From Leptolyngbyaceae cyanobacterium (lineage in GTDB: Bacteria; Cyanobacteriota; Cyanobacteriia; Phormidesmidales; Phormidesmidaceae): a stretch of 64,000 nucleotides of DNA. This document shows, one piece after another, positions 38,759 to 48,554 of this stretch. Positions within the stretch are counted from its first letter, which is position 1, and each line of letters opens with the position of its first letter. The notes under the pieces were generated by a model. That model had not been told where the DNA came from. It worked only from the letters and a program-made list of their open reading frames with translations, and made no database searches. A program made the translations under genes and the position numbers. The stretch is from contig JBHJHA010000039.1 in NCBI GenBank assembly GCA_050331235.1, positions 1 through 64,000 on the forward strand. The letters are read 5' to 3'.

Positions 38759-40147
38759 CTACTCATTCATATTTTTATAAGTGGCTACAGCTGAGGGAGA
38801 AATCCGGTTCAGATAGCGGAAAATCCAATATTTGAAAACGGTATCAAGGATGACAGGGAAGGTGGCAATGAACAGGAAGATGAACTCGCGGTTGGCGGCA
38901 AATCCTAAATGTCGAGAGAGCCCCTCCATCAAGACCTCCCAGCCATGGGGAGAGTGGAACCCCACGAACATGTCAGTAAACAGAATAATGATGAAAGCCT
39001 TAGCACTATCACTGAGGCCGTAGACGATTTCGTCTAAAAAGCCTTTGAGGGTCAAGATGCCGCGCTTTTGATTGACTAATAGCAATACGAAGGCTGCGAT
39101 CGCCAGCATGTCAGAGAAAACGTTTTTCACAGAGTCAGCGCTGCGCTGGCGGTAAGCCTCTTCAATTTCGGTCGCTTTTTCAACGACCTGTTCTTCAATT
39201 TCGGCTTCACGGATGGGAGCCACTTTACCGATGAGGACTTCAAACCGCAGCCGCTCCTCATATCGCTGCAGTTCATGGAGGGCTTCTTCTTCCATCTCTA
39301 GATTGAGAAAAACGTCGGCCTCTTGGTTCTCTCGAACATAGTCGACCACGGGCCCTACGACATAGTTTTTGGCAAATTGCTGAGTCAGCAGCGGGACGAT
39401 GATGAGCAGCAGCAAAAATTTGATGGCCGTGGTGGTGCGTCCACGAGAGGACCGGAAACTTTTGACGACTTGTTCTTCGGCATTGGGGTCGAGGTCCCGC
39501 CGAATCCGATCTACTGTGCGGAGAATCGAGCGGGGCAAAACGCTGGCGCGGTCAGAGAGGCCAGCGGAGCGTTGTCCGTTCTGGTCTTCGCTTCGGGCGG
39601 GTGTGGCTGACGCGGGGGGGACTGGGGTAATGGCCCTGGTAGTCTCACCGTTGCTTGACTGCTGGGCTAGCCGCGACACAGAACTGTTTCTTTGTTTGGC
39701 CGTTTGAGATTCTTTGACCATGACTACGGTGGCCTGGGTCTCGGGCTCAGGGGAGCTATAGCGAGAGCGCACCTCGTCAACGTATTGCAGCTTACGAAAG
39801 AAAATGGCGGGTTTGTCGATGACGTTGACGGTAAGGGTTTGCTCGGCGCGATCGTCGACCTTGATTTCCATGATTTTGGGATCAGAGACGCGCACGACGG
39901 CACTGCTGGTGCGAAACTCCATCATTCTCAGGTTGATCAGGTTGAGATATTTACGCAATTCTCCTTCAAAGTAGGCCATGGAACTTTTGCCATAGTTGCC
40001 ATAAGGAGACGAAATCGGATTGCCGTCGAAATGCTCATTTTCGATCGCTTCAATCATTTTGGCGGCTTCGTAGGCCTGATCGAGGGCTCGCTCAGGGGTT
40101 TTAAAGAACCACCGCTGGGCCTTCTGAAACAGGGAGGGAATGGCCAT
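38759..40147 (-). CDS. pxcA: Proton extrusion protein PxcA (CemA family)
   Basis: TPERALDQAY N-terminus, plus LSDSAKAFIIILFTDMFVGFHSPHGWE and FKYWIFRYLNRISPSAVATY. Confidence 0.96.
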   Translation of the reverse strand: MAIPSLFQKAQRWFFKTPERALDQAYEAAKMIEAIENEHFDGNPISSPYGNYGKSSMAYFEGELRKYLNLINLRMMEFRTSSAVVRVSDPKIMEIKVDDRAEQTLTVNVIDKPAIFFRKLQYVDEVRSRYSSPEPETQATVVMVKESQTAKQRNSSVSRLAQQSSNGETTRAITPVPPASATPARSEDQNGQRSAGLSDRASVLPRSILRTVDRIRRDLDPNAEEQVVKSFRSSRGRTTTAIKFLLLLIIVPLLTQQFAKNYVVGPVVDYVRENQEADVFLNLEMEEEALHELQRYEERLRFEVLIGKVAPIREAEIEEQVVEKATEIEEAYRQRSADSVKNVFSDMLAIAAFVLLLVNQKRGILTLKGFLDEIVYGLSDSAKAFIIILFTDMFVGFHSPHGWEVLMEGLSRHLGFAANREFIFLFIATFPVILDTVFKYWIFRYLNRISPSAVATYKNMNE

Positions 40148-40660
40148 CAGGAGTCACCTGTGATGCTAAGGATGAAGGGCTATTACTTTGGAGCGGTGCC
40201 GGCTGCTATTGGCATCACCTAGCCTCGAAAGCAGCGCCCCGTAGGAACGACAAGAGGCAGCGCCGCTCAGGCTCAAATAAGCTTCAGGGCTATTGTATGA
40301 CATCGCGATTGGGCCTAGGGGTGACGATTATTGCAGTTAAATGCCAAGAAGTTGGAAAAGATCGGCAAGTCCTTGATGCCGAATGGCAATATTCTGTGAC
40401 CTCGAGGTCAGCCTGCGCCAGCGGCCGGATGGGTTCGCTGCGATGACCGAATGGGCAGCCCCATAATGCGAGGGGGCGGAACCGGTGATGGGATGCCAAC
40501 CAGGACGGGTCCTAATTATTGAAAGGTGGAGTGTTTAAACATCAAGGATGCCGAGTTTTCGTAAAGGGATGGATTTCCTATGCTAAAAACAGGTTAAACC
40601 GATGGCTGGTTTCTGGTTGAGCTGGTAAACAGTAGGTCTGTTGTTTATTTAGGAATCGAT

Positions 40661-41473
40661 ATGGGCGGTCAGATTTTGGGCGATCGCTACGAAGTAGAAC
40701 GCCAACTGGGGAAAAAATCGGGACGCTGGACATTGCAAGCCCGCGATCTGCAGACCGATGAGTTGGTGATTTTGAAGGTTTTATTTTTAGACGACAGTTT
40801 GACGCCAATCGATTTGCGACTCTTTAAACGAGAGGTGGATGCTCTCAAGCTGCTCAATCATCAAGCAACCCCACGTTACCTGGGCTACTTTGAGATGGAG
40901 ATGCCAACCCAAGAGCAGGCGATGGTTTTAGTGCAGTCATACGTTGAGGGGATCTCGCTACAGAGCTATTTGAGTGAGGCACGTATTTTTAGTGAGTCCG
41001 AAGTGGTTAAAATTGCCCGAGCCGTCCTCAGTATTCTGCACCATCTGCATACCTTTGAGCCTCCGATTATTCACCGCGATATTCGACCGAGCAACTTGCT
41101 GTTGCAACCTGGCTTGCCGGTGGAAATCGCGCAAATCTGCTTGGTCGATTTTGGCACTGTGAAAGCGCTCAACGCCAGTAATACCGCCATTACGATGGTG
41201 GGCACTGACGGCTATGCGCCACCGGAGCAATCAGCCGGACGGGTTCTGGCAGTTTCAGACTTGTACAGTTTAGGGGCGACTTTAGCCGAGACCCTCACCG
41301 GTAAGCCCCCTTTAGAAATGCGGACAAAAGGCGTGCGCATCCGCTTTGAGGAATTTGTGGAGGTGACGCCGACGTTTACCCTATGGCTAAAAAAGCTGCT
41401 AGCGCCAAGCCTAGATCATCGATGGGACTCAGCTCAAGCGGCGTTAGCATCGCTGGATACAGTTAACGAATAA
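40661..41473 (+). CDS. Ser/Thr protein kinase (kinase domain only)
   Basis: VILK, HRDIRPSN, DFG, GTDGYAPPEQ and SDLYSLG. Confidence 0.92.
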   Translation: MGGQILGDRYEVERQLGKKSGRWTLQARDLQTDELVILKVLFLDDSLTPIDLRLFKREVDALKLLNHQATPRYLGYFEMEMPTQEQAMVLVQSYVEGISLQSYLSEARIFSESEVVKIARAVLSILHHLHTFEPPIIHRDIRPSNLLLQPGLPVEIAQICLVDFGTVKALNASNTAITMVGTDGYAPPEQSAGRVLAVSDLYSLGATLAETLTGKPPLEMRTKGVRIRFEEFVEVTPTFTLWLKKLLAPSLDHRWDSAQAALASLDTVNE

Positions 41474-41506
41474 TATCCGGCCAGCGTTAAACCGACCTAG
41501 CAATAT

Positions 41507-42250
41507 TCAGGCGGCTATAGCAGGTGATCGCGGCGATGTCGTGGCGGGCTGTGTCTGACGATCGCGGGTCAGCGTCTGCATGGGGCGATCAGGTTGGAGG
41601 TATCGGCCTACGGCAGCCAACAACGCATCGGTCTTGCGCGATCGCCATTCGGTGATGAGCGACTCGGTGACCAAGTAGCCATAGCGCCGTTGCATGGCGG
41701 TCTTGAGATAGCTGGCGTGGCGGTCTTCGTCGGTGGCAACGCTGAGAATTCCTGCCCGGACTTGCGCCATATCGGCAACGCCGGTCAAAGCCCGTGAGAG
41801 GTTACGAAAATCTTGACAAGCATCAGCTTCCAAGATGTGGGTGCTGCCCAGAAATGTCTGCCAGGAGATATTTTCAGGCTGTAAATCCGTGGCCGCGTAG
41901 CCCCGGAAGTAGGCTTCCATAAAGGGACTCTTTTCTTGCTGAGAGCCTTTATTTGCAGAGGCTTGGGGAGTTATGGGTTCCTTGCCGTGTTGCTTCAGCG
42001 CGTTGGCAAAAACCTGACCGTGACGACGTTCATCGTTGACATGGTGGGTCAGCTGGTCAGCTAGCCATGTGTCGCCTTCGACTTGGGCCCGATCGCGTAG
42101 TTTGGTCAAAAACGGGACTGAGCCAGATTCGGCAAAGTAGAAACCAGCTAATACATTGGGGCGGGTCTTCGCATCGCGGATTTGACTGGCGAGGAGATAG
42201 GCCGTCGCACCGGAGCCAAAGAGATGTAAGAGAGGGTTGAATGGGGACAT
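41507..42250 (-). CDS. Ferritin-like di-iron domain protein
   Basis: Paired E...ExxH motifs: FAES / DERRH and ILEAD / DEDRH. Confidence 0.82.
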   Translation of the reverse strand: MSPFNPLLHLFGSGATAYLLASQIRDAKTRPNVLAGFYFAESGSVPFLTKLRDRAQVEGDTWLADQLTHHVNDERRHGQVFANALKQHGKEPITPQASANKGSQQEKSPFMEAYFRGYAATDLQPENISWQTFLGSTHILEADACQDFRNLSRALTGVADMAQVRAGILSVATDEDRHASYLKTAMQRRYGYLVTESLITEWRSRKTDALLAAVGRYLQPDRPMQTLTRDRQTQPATTSPRSPAIAA

Positions 42251-42508
42251 CAGACCGATCACTATTTGGGTAAATCAAATTGGGTAAATCGAACCTGTTA
42301 GTGGCGATCGCAGCTGACCGCGCTATCCACAAATCCGATCGGTAACCCTTGTAGTGTAATCAAACTCCCCGGTAGCGGCAGTCGTGGGGTGAAAGACGTA
42401 GCAGACTGAGCGTCCTGTCGTTTGGTTGACCGTAATCATGTTGATGCAGAGATGTCTGGCGACGACTTTTCCAAAAAACTAAGGGTTATTTGGCAGGGCT
42501 GGTATGGC

Positions 42509-43852
42509 ATGACCCAGGAATTTTGGGGCCAAGTCCTGCTAGTGGGTATTCTATATGGCTTGATTCAGCTTAGCGTGCTGCTTGGAAGCACATCGGGTTG
42601 GGCCAAGTACAGCGTATTAGAAGCGTTTGATCAGTTTCAATACTGGGACGCGGGGATTTATGCCCAGTTGGCGATCTCACCTCGCTGTACCGCGTTCTAT
42701 CCGCTTTGGCCCTCTCTAATTCATATCGCGGCAGGTCCCTCAACAGTGGAGCAAGCACTCCGATTTTCAACCATGGGATCGGCCCTGATATTTGCGATTT
42801 CGCTGCCGCTGGCGTTGCGAACACTACAAAAAATCATCTGTAATCGCCGCATTGCTTTTCTGGCGTTTTTTCTCTATGCCCTAGGCCCAAATGCCATTTT
42901 TCACAGCATTGGCTACACGGAAAGTCTCTTTAGTTTGATGAGTTGGGGACTGCTCTTGCTGTTGGCAAAGCTTGATCGCGCTAGCCAGTGGAGGCAGTTG
43001 CAGTGGGGCAGTATGGTTTCTGGCGTATTTCTCTTAAGTATTGGACTGAGTTTGACGCGGCCGATCCTGGTCCCGTCCTTGGCGGCATTAGCATTTGGCG
43101 GCTGGCTTTACTGGCAATGTAGTCGTCTGTCACCCGTTAATGCGGGTCAGACAGACAGCCCCAGCTTCCCATCTGCAATGGAAATACTGGGCGTAGCAAG
43201 CGCGATCGCTGTGGGTAACATCGTAGGCTACGGCATTTATGGTCACACTTGTGGGCAAGAGCTGGGCTCCATTTGGGCTCCATTTGAGGCTCAAGTTGCT
43301 TGGGGACGCAGCGTGGCAATTCGCCCTTGGTTGTTGGTGCTGCCACGATCGCTGCTGATGGACTTACATGGCCTGTACCTGCCATTACTACTAGGTGTGG
43401 GCCTACTTTGGGGCGTCGCCGGTGACCTGCAAGCTTCACTCAAACGGCAGGTATGGCTACCGCGATCACCTTGGGTCTATAGCTTTTTGATCCACCCATT
43501 AGCATTTGTTGGAGTGCTAATGAGCCTTCACCGATTTTGGCCACAAGGTATGATTTCGCAGCCGGTCATGACGACGCCTAGATGGGGATCGCTTAGACGG
43601 TTTGCAGGGATATATGCGATCGCGTTTAGCGGAGCACATGCGGCAATTAATTTGTTAATCAACTCAGGCAATCTGTACAGCACTGCCCGCCATGTCTTTG
43701 GTACCCCGTATACCTTTGTCGGTATTGGGCTACTCTTGGCGGCCATACCACTCGGTCGGCTTTATCGAGTGAGTTGGGCGATCGCCTGGATTGGCATCGC
43801 ACTACTAGCTCACCAGTGGTACGCCTATGCCACCGACGGCTGGTTGGGGTAA
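42509..43852 (+). CDS. GT-C-fold integral membrane glycosyltransferase (PIG-V/mannosyltransferase-like)
   Basis: WDAGIY, AFYPLWP, GYTESLF and TRP motifs; about 10 hydrophobic segments. Confidence 0.72.
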   Translation: MTQEFWGQVLLVGILYGLIQLSVLLGSTSGWAKYSVLEAFDQFQYWDAGIYAQLAISPRCTAFYPLWPSLIHIAAGPSTVEQALRFSTMGSALIFAISLPLALRTLQKIICNRRIAFLAFFLYALGPNAIFHSIGYTESLFSLMSWGLLLLLAKLDRASQWRQLQWGSMVSGVFLLSIGLSLTRPILVPSLAALAFGGWLYWQCSRLSPVNAGQTDSPSFPSAMEILGVASAIAVGNIVGYGIYGHTCGQELGSIWAPFEAQVAWGRSVAIRPWLLVLPRSLLMDLHGLYLPLLLGVGLLWGVAGDLQASLKRQVWLPRSPWVYSFLIHPLAFVGVLMSLHRFWPQGMISQPVMTTPRWGSLRRFAGIYAIAFSGAHAAINLLINSGNLYSTARHVFGTPYTFVGIGLLLAAIPLGRLYRVSWAIAWIGIALLAHQWYAYATDGWLG

Positions 43853-43918
43853 AGGGCTGGAGGTAAGGGTTTAGGTATCTCGACATGCTTGAGCAGGCTG
43901 CACACTGCCGGCCACGCC

Positions 43919-46276
43919 TCAACCTGACTCGCTAACTCGATGGAGCGATAACACATCGGTCATCTTGCGGACTTGGGTAAAGGTGCGCTCCAGATGGGCA
44001 TGATCCCGCACATCTAGCCCTAGATCAATCTCGGCAGTTTGTCCGGGAAAGGTCTTGACCTGAGCCTTGTGGACGTTGATATCTAAGTCAGACAAGTGGC
44101 TGAGAATGTCCTTAAGTACGCCCACGCGATCGATGACTTGGATGCGGACCTGTACCGGATATGTAGAGGAGCGTTTAGCGGTGGCTTCCCCTTGATTCCA
44201 ACTAGTGGGGATCAGGCGATCGCCTGGGATGCGCTCAACATTAGGACAACTCTGATGATGAATTGCGATACCTCGTGAACCGAGGGAAACGGCTCCAATG
44301 ATCGATTCTCCTGGCAGCGGGTTACAACAGCCTGCCATATGGTAGAGCAAGCCCTCAACTCCCAGAATCGGAGAGTCAGAACGGGGCTGGAATGGTTTGA
44401 CCGGCTGACTGATTGCTTCTGCCAAGAGTATTTCGGCATCGGCTTGGGGATCAGTGTCGCGAGATTGGATCGGTTGTTGCGCTTTGACTGCCTCGCGTAA
44501 ACGGTTGACTACGAGGTTGAGTGTGACTTCCCCATAGCCTAGCCCAGCCAGCAAATCTTCGGCGCTGGGGTAGTTGCAGCGCTCAGCGACAGCTTGGGCC
44601 GGCTCTGATTTGAGCATGGCATCAAGACCACTCTTGCCCATCTCTTTTTCCAAAAGTTCACGGCCCCGAGCAACGTTTTGGCTGCGGTGCGATCGCTTAT
44701 ACCACTGGCGAATGCGGTTGCGGGCCCCGGCTGTGACGACATAGTTCAACCAATCAAGACTCGGATGACTGTTCTTTTGAGTGATAATCTCAACAATGTC
44801 GCCATTCTCCAAGGGCGTATCGAGGGGAACAATGCGGCCATTGACCCGGGCCCCGGCACAGTGGTTGCCCACCTCTGTATGAATGCGATAAGCAAAGTCA
44901 ATCGGCGACGCACCCCGGGTCAGCGAGATAACGTCACCGTCAGGCGTAAACACATAGACATCTTCGTCAAAGAGATTGCCCTTGACGTTGTCCATGAATT
45001 CTTGGGCATCTTTAAGGTCACTTTGCCATTCCAGCAGTTGGCGTAGCCAGGTAAATCGTTCCTCATCAGCGTTGACCGGCATCGTACTCGAGCCGCCTGA
45101 TTCTTTATATTTCCAGTGGGCCGCGATGCCATACTCCGCCACCTGATGCATCTCCAGGGTGCGAATCTGCACTTCGATAGGGCGACCATAACTGCCAATA
45201 ACAACTGTGTGTAAAGACTGATAACGGTTGGGTTTAGGCAAGCCGATGTAGTCTTTAAAGCGACCCGGAATCGGCCGAAATGCATCATGGACGATCGCTA
45301 AGGCGCGATAGCATTCTTCATTGGTGTTAACGATAAGGCGAATAGCGGCAACATCGTAAATTTCGTTGAACTGTTTTAGCTGGCGCTCCATTTTGCGGAA
45401 AATGCCATATAGATGTTTGGGGCGGCTACTGACATCCACAATGCTGATGCCGGCTTGCTCCATGCGCTCGTGTAAAGTCGTTGCGGCCGCTTGTAGCCGT
45501 GCCTCGCGATCGGTGCGCTTGCCCGCTACATAAGTCTGCATGGTGCGATAAGCGTCAGGCTCTAAATATTTAAAGGAAATATCCTCCAGCTCCCATTTGA
45601 AACGGCCAATTCCGAGTCGATTGGCTAGGGGGGCAAAAATCTCCAAGGTTTCAGCAGCAATGCGACGCTGTTTGGCCGGTGGGAGGTGCTCGAGCGTACG
45701 CATGTTGTGGAGGCGATCGGCGAGCTTGACTACGATGACGCGCACGTCTTGGGCCATCGCCAAAAACATGCGGCGAAAATTTTCGGCTTGGCGCTCCGTT
45801 TTGCTATGGAAGTTGAATTTCGATAGTTTGGTTACCCCTTCTACTAAACGTCGTACCTCTTCGCCAAAGTGGCTCTCAATTTCTTCTGGGGTGACCTCCG
45901 TGTCTTCCACTACATCGTGGAGAAATCCAGCGGCGATCATGGCGCTGTCGCCCCCCAACTCTCTGAGCAGGCACGCTACCTCGATTGGGTGACAAATGTA
46001 AGACTCTCCAGACGCTCGCTTTTGCCCTTCGTGTAGCTTGTAGGCAAACTGAAATGCCTGACTAACTAAGTCGCGGCTTTCAAGATCTAGGTGCGGTAAC
46101 CCTTTACCCGCGTCCGACTCCAAACCCACGCTGCCTTCATCGCTGTGAAGAAGATGACCATTGTGATTACTAGGACATTCTCCAAAGGCGTGAGCCGCAG
46201 AGCTCGACAGCAGACAATGCGCTAACCAAGTAGGCACTGTGCAGTCTTGGGGAATCGTTACGGTCGAATTGGGCAT
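43919..46276 (-). CDS. relA: Bifunctional (p)ppGpp synthetase/hydrolase (RelA/SpoT homolog)
   Basis: HD motif LHDVVED, KLADRLHNMRT, RPKH, YQSLHT and EVQIRT, followed by TGS, CC and ACT domains. Confidence 0.97.
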   Translation of the reverse strand: MPNSTVTIPQDCTVPTWLAHCLLSSSAAHAFGECPSNHNGHLLHSDEGSVGLESDAGKGLPHLDLESRDLVSQAFQFAYKLHEGQKRASGESYICHPIEVACLLRELGGDSAMIAAGFLHDVVEDTEVTPEEIESHFGEEVRRLVEGVTKLSKFNFHSKTERQAENFRRMFLAMAQDVRVIVVKLADRLHNMRTLEHLPPAKQRRIAAETLEIFAPLANRLGIGRFKWELEDISFKYLEPDAYRTMQTYVAGKRTDREARLQAAATTLHERMEQAGISIVDVSSRPKHLYGIFRKMERQLKQFNEIYDVAAIRLIVNTNEECYRALAIVHDAFRPIPGRFKDYIGLPKPNRYQSLHTVVIGSYGRPIEVQIRTLEMHQVAEYGIAAHWKYKESGGSSTMPVNADEERFTWLRQLLEWQSDLKDAQEFMDNVKGNLFDEDVYVFTPDGDVISLTRGASPIDFAYRIHTEVGNHCAGARVNGRIVPLDTPLENGDIVEIITQKNSHPSLDWLNYVVTAGARNRIRQWYKRSHRSQNVARGRELLEKEMGKSGLDAMLKSEPAQAVAERCNYPSAEDLLAGLGYGEVTLNLVVNRLREAVKAQQPIQSRDTDPQADAEILLAEAISQPVKPFQPRSDSPILGVEGLLYHMAGCCNPLPGESIIGAVSLGSRGIAIHHQSCPNVERIPGDRLIPTSWNQGEATAKRSSTYPVQVRIQVIDRVGVLKDILSHLSDLDINVHKAQVKTFPGQTAEIDLGLDVRDHAHLERTFTQVRKMTDVLSLHRVSESG

Positions 46277-46553
46277 TGCAAAGGGGATGAAGTAAACGAC
46301 ATTGTCGCTAGCGATGCACTAGCCGAAAGCAGGAACAAGGGCGAGGCAGTAGGGATAGAGAACGGGAACGGCTGGGATTAAGGTTGCTCAGCTGGATATC
46401 AACTGGAGAGCCAGAGGTCGGGACTTGAGACCAATGGACTAAGCTAGTGGCAAACCACGGGAGACCAAATCTAGGTTGTCCCCGTCGTCGGGACCCACCT
46501 AGGGTCATTCGTCAGCCGTAAATCATAAACGTTATGGGTTTATCTAAATAATA

Positions 46554-46586
46554 TAGACCCTGTTGAGGGATCCTCAACAGGGTCTA
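46554..46586. repeat. Perfect 15-bp inverted repeat in the relA/patD divergent intergenic region
   Basis: TAGACCCTGTTGAGG-GAT-CCTCAACAGGGTCTA. Confidence 0.9.
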
Positions 46587-46684
46587 AAGATGTTGACATT
46601 TATTGCGGTGATGTACAACTTTAGGAGGAAATTGTTTGTCCCTAGCCTAGGGAAGTATCTGACACCGACCCCAAAGGAAATTGC

Positions 46685-47077
46685 ATGTCTGCTTTTCAAC
46701 GCTACTACTCTGCCGAGGCCGATATCTTATCGACATTTATCCAGCAACTGACCACGCTACAAAGCTCTACCTGTCAGGCTAACCTCGATAGTACGGCGCT
46801 GCAAGAACAGTTTCTCTCAGTGCAGCAGCTTTATCAGCAGCAGCTATTGCCGACGCTTTTGGCTTCGACATCGGCGGAGGGACTTGTCACTTATCAGACA
46901 GAGATTAGTCGAGCCCTACGCTTGCTGGGTATGGATGTGGCCTTTTTGCAGTCAGCCAGAAATACCTTGACCATTCAAAAACGCCAGACTCAGATGCAGC
47001 AAAGGCTCAAGTCGCTGCTGGAGTTTTGTCAGGGGCTTCGCGCCGCTTTGTCAGGGGCTGATGAGTCGCAGCCATGA
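46685..47077 (+). CDS. patD: PatD-like protein (heterocyst frequency control family)
   Basis: YQTEISRALRLLGMDVAFLQSAR....QKRQTQM.QRL..L..FC resembles the PatD family; divergent from relA/spoT. Confidence 0.75.
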   Translation: MSAFQRYYSAEADILSTFIQQLTTLQSSTCQANLDSTALQEQFLSVQQLYQQQLLPTLLASTSAEGLVTYQTEISRALRLLGMDVAFLQSARNTLTIQKRQTQMQQRLKSLLEFCQGLRAALSGADESQP

Positions 47078-47167
47078 TGCCGGCTAGAGCAGTATCGTTA
47101 AGGTCAGTAGGCCGGTCGTGCTGTGCGTGCCGAACCGGCGTATAAACGCTCGTTCGGAGCCACCCTA

Positions 47168-48094
47168 TTAGCGGTCATAAACAGCGAGAAAATCAGTCAC
47201 CTCTGAGTGCGTGGGAAGTGAGGGCTGGGCACCGGCTTTAGTAACTGATAATGCGGCTGTGGCAGTAGCCCACTGGACAGCTTCCCTCAGAGGCTTTTGG
47301 GCTTGAAGGGCGATCGCCAGTCCCCCATTAAAAGCATCGCCTGCCGCCACGGTATCGACCACAGTGACGGTAAAAGCAGGTTGATAGAAGGTTTCAGTGA
47401 GGGTGCCGCAAACGACGCCCTGCTCGCCTAGCTTGATAATGACGGTGGTGGCTCCTTGTGACTGTAGGGCGGCGATCGCCGCGTTGGCTTGATCAATGGT
47501 ATTGACTGGAAATCCCACGAGTTGTTCAGCTTCGACTTGATTAGGGGTCAGGATGTCAACACTGGGATAGACCGAGGTGAGGTCACCCGCTGGTACCGGT
47601 GCCGGGTCTAGCATCACCGTGAGGCCTGCTGCGTGAGCGGTTTGGGCCGCAGCGACAACACTTGCAGGGCCAATTTCACACTGTAGTAGCAGCAGGTCGG
47701 CAGTCTTAAAGTGCGGCTTTAGACGATCAACATCGGCACGATTCACGCGCCCGTTGGCACCTGGCACAATGAGGATCTGGTTCTCCCCTTGGGCCCCCAC
47801 GGCGATCGCTGCCACGCCGGTGTGAGTCTCACCATCGATCAACACCGTATCTTTTATCTGGACGCCATCATGCGCCAGTGCTTGGCATAGCTGACGGCCA
47901 AAATCATCATCGCCGACTCGCCCCACTAAGGTTGTAGTCGCACCCTGACGGGCAACGGCAACAGCTTGGTTGGCTCCTTTGCCGCCCGCCACTGTGGTAA
48001 AGGATTGGCCAGTCAGCGTTTCTCCCGACTGTGGGAGCCGAGGGGTGCGTACGACTAAGTCCATGTTCAAGCTGCCAAATACCAAGATCGCCAT
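47168..48094 (-). CDS. rbsK: Ribokinase
   Basis: GSLNMDLV, GGKGANQAVA, TPNQVE and VDTVAAGDAFNG. Confidence 0.95.
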   Translation of the reverse strand: MAILVFGSLNMDLVVRTPRLPQSGETLTGQSFTTVAGGKGANQAVAVARQGATTTLVGRVGDDDFGRQLCQALAHDGVQIKDTVLIDGETHTGVAAIAVGAQGENQILIVPGANGRVNRADVDRLKPHFKTADLLLLQCEIGPASVVAAAQTAHAAGLTVMLDPAPVPAGDLTSVYPSVDILTPNQVEAEQLVGFPVNTIDQANAAIAALQSQGATTVIIKLGEQGVVCGTLTETFYQPAFTVTVVDTVAAGDAFNGGLAIALQAQKPLREAVQWATATAALSVTKAGAQPSLPTHSEVTDFLAVYDR

Positions 48095-48099
48095 GGCTT

Positions 48100-48387
48100 T
48101 TACAGCTCGAATGGATCGTCAGCTAAGTCATCCTGCCCCTCTTTTTGGCCACTCCATTCGGTAGGAGGGCGATCGCTGCTCCAAGCCCACCAAGCAGCTT
48201 CACACTCGCCACATTGATAGAATTCTTGCCATTTGCGTTTGCGGCCTTCGGTGTATACGGGCGATCGTCGATTGATCCACACGGCGGTTGATTTTGAAGG
48301 GTCGGCTCCACAGTGGGGACAGCCAAATTGGTAGGCATGGACTGCCGCTTGGGCCCAATTCGGCGGCAGAGGTGAAAAAGGATTCAT
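48100..48387 (-). CDS. Small putative Zn-ribbon hypothetical protein
   Basis: CPHC...CGEC Cys pairs and WWAWSSDRPP; ends 5 bp before the rbsK start. Confidence 0.75.
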   Translation of the reverse strand: MNPFSPLPPNWAQAAVHAYQFGCPHCGADPSKSTAVWINRRSPVYTEGRKRKWQEFYQCGECEAAWWAWSSDRPPTEWSGQKEGQDDLADDPFEL

Positions 48388-48554
48388 AAACCAAAGAAGA
48401 GCCACTATTTCATCCATTATGGTTTGACGCCAGCCAGAACGCACAGACGGGGGAAATATCTTCTATTAAGTAAATTGCGACAGCGCCAAAAATTCGGTTC
48501 ACATTCCATCTCCCCTTGTAGAATCGTGGCGTTAGCGGTGAACCGAGGCTTCAT

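Noticed and set aside
39692..40222. 176-aa ORF antisense to pxcA, and similar antisense ORFs over ileS, relA, glgA and the phosphatase gene
   Set aside because: These are shadow ORFs of well-supported genes, with no recognisable motifs.
40200..40660. ncRNA or small ORF between pxcA and the Ser/Thr kinase
   Set aside because: The stretch is GC-rich with short palindromes (e.g. TGACCTCGAGGTCA), but no RNA family was recognised and there is no coding support.
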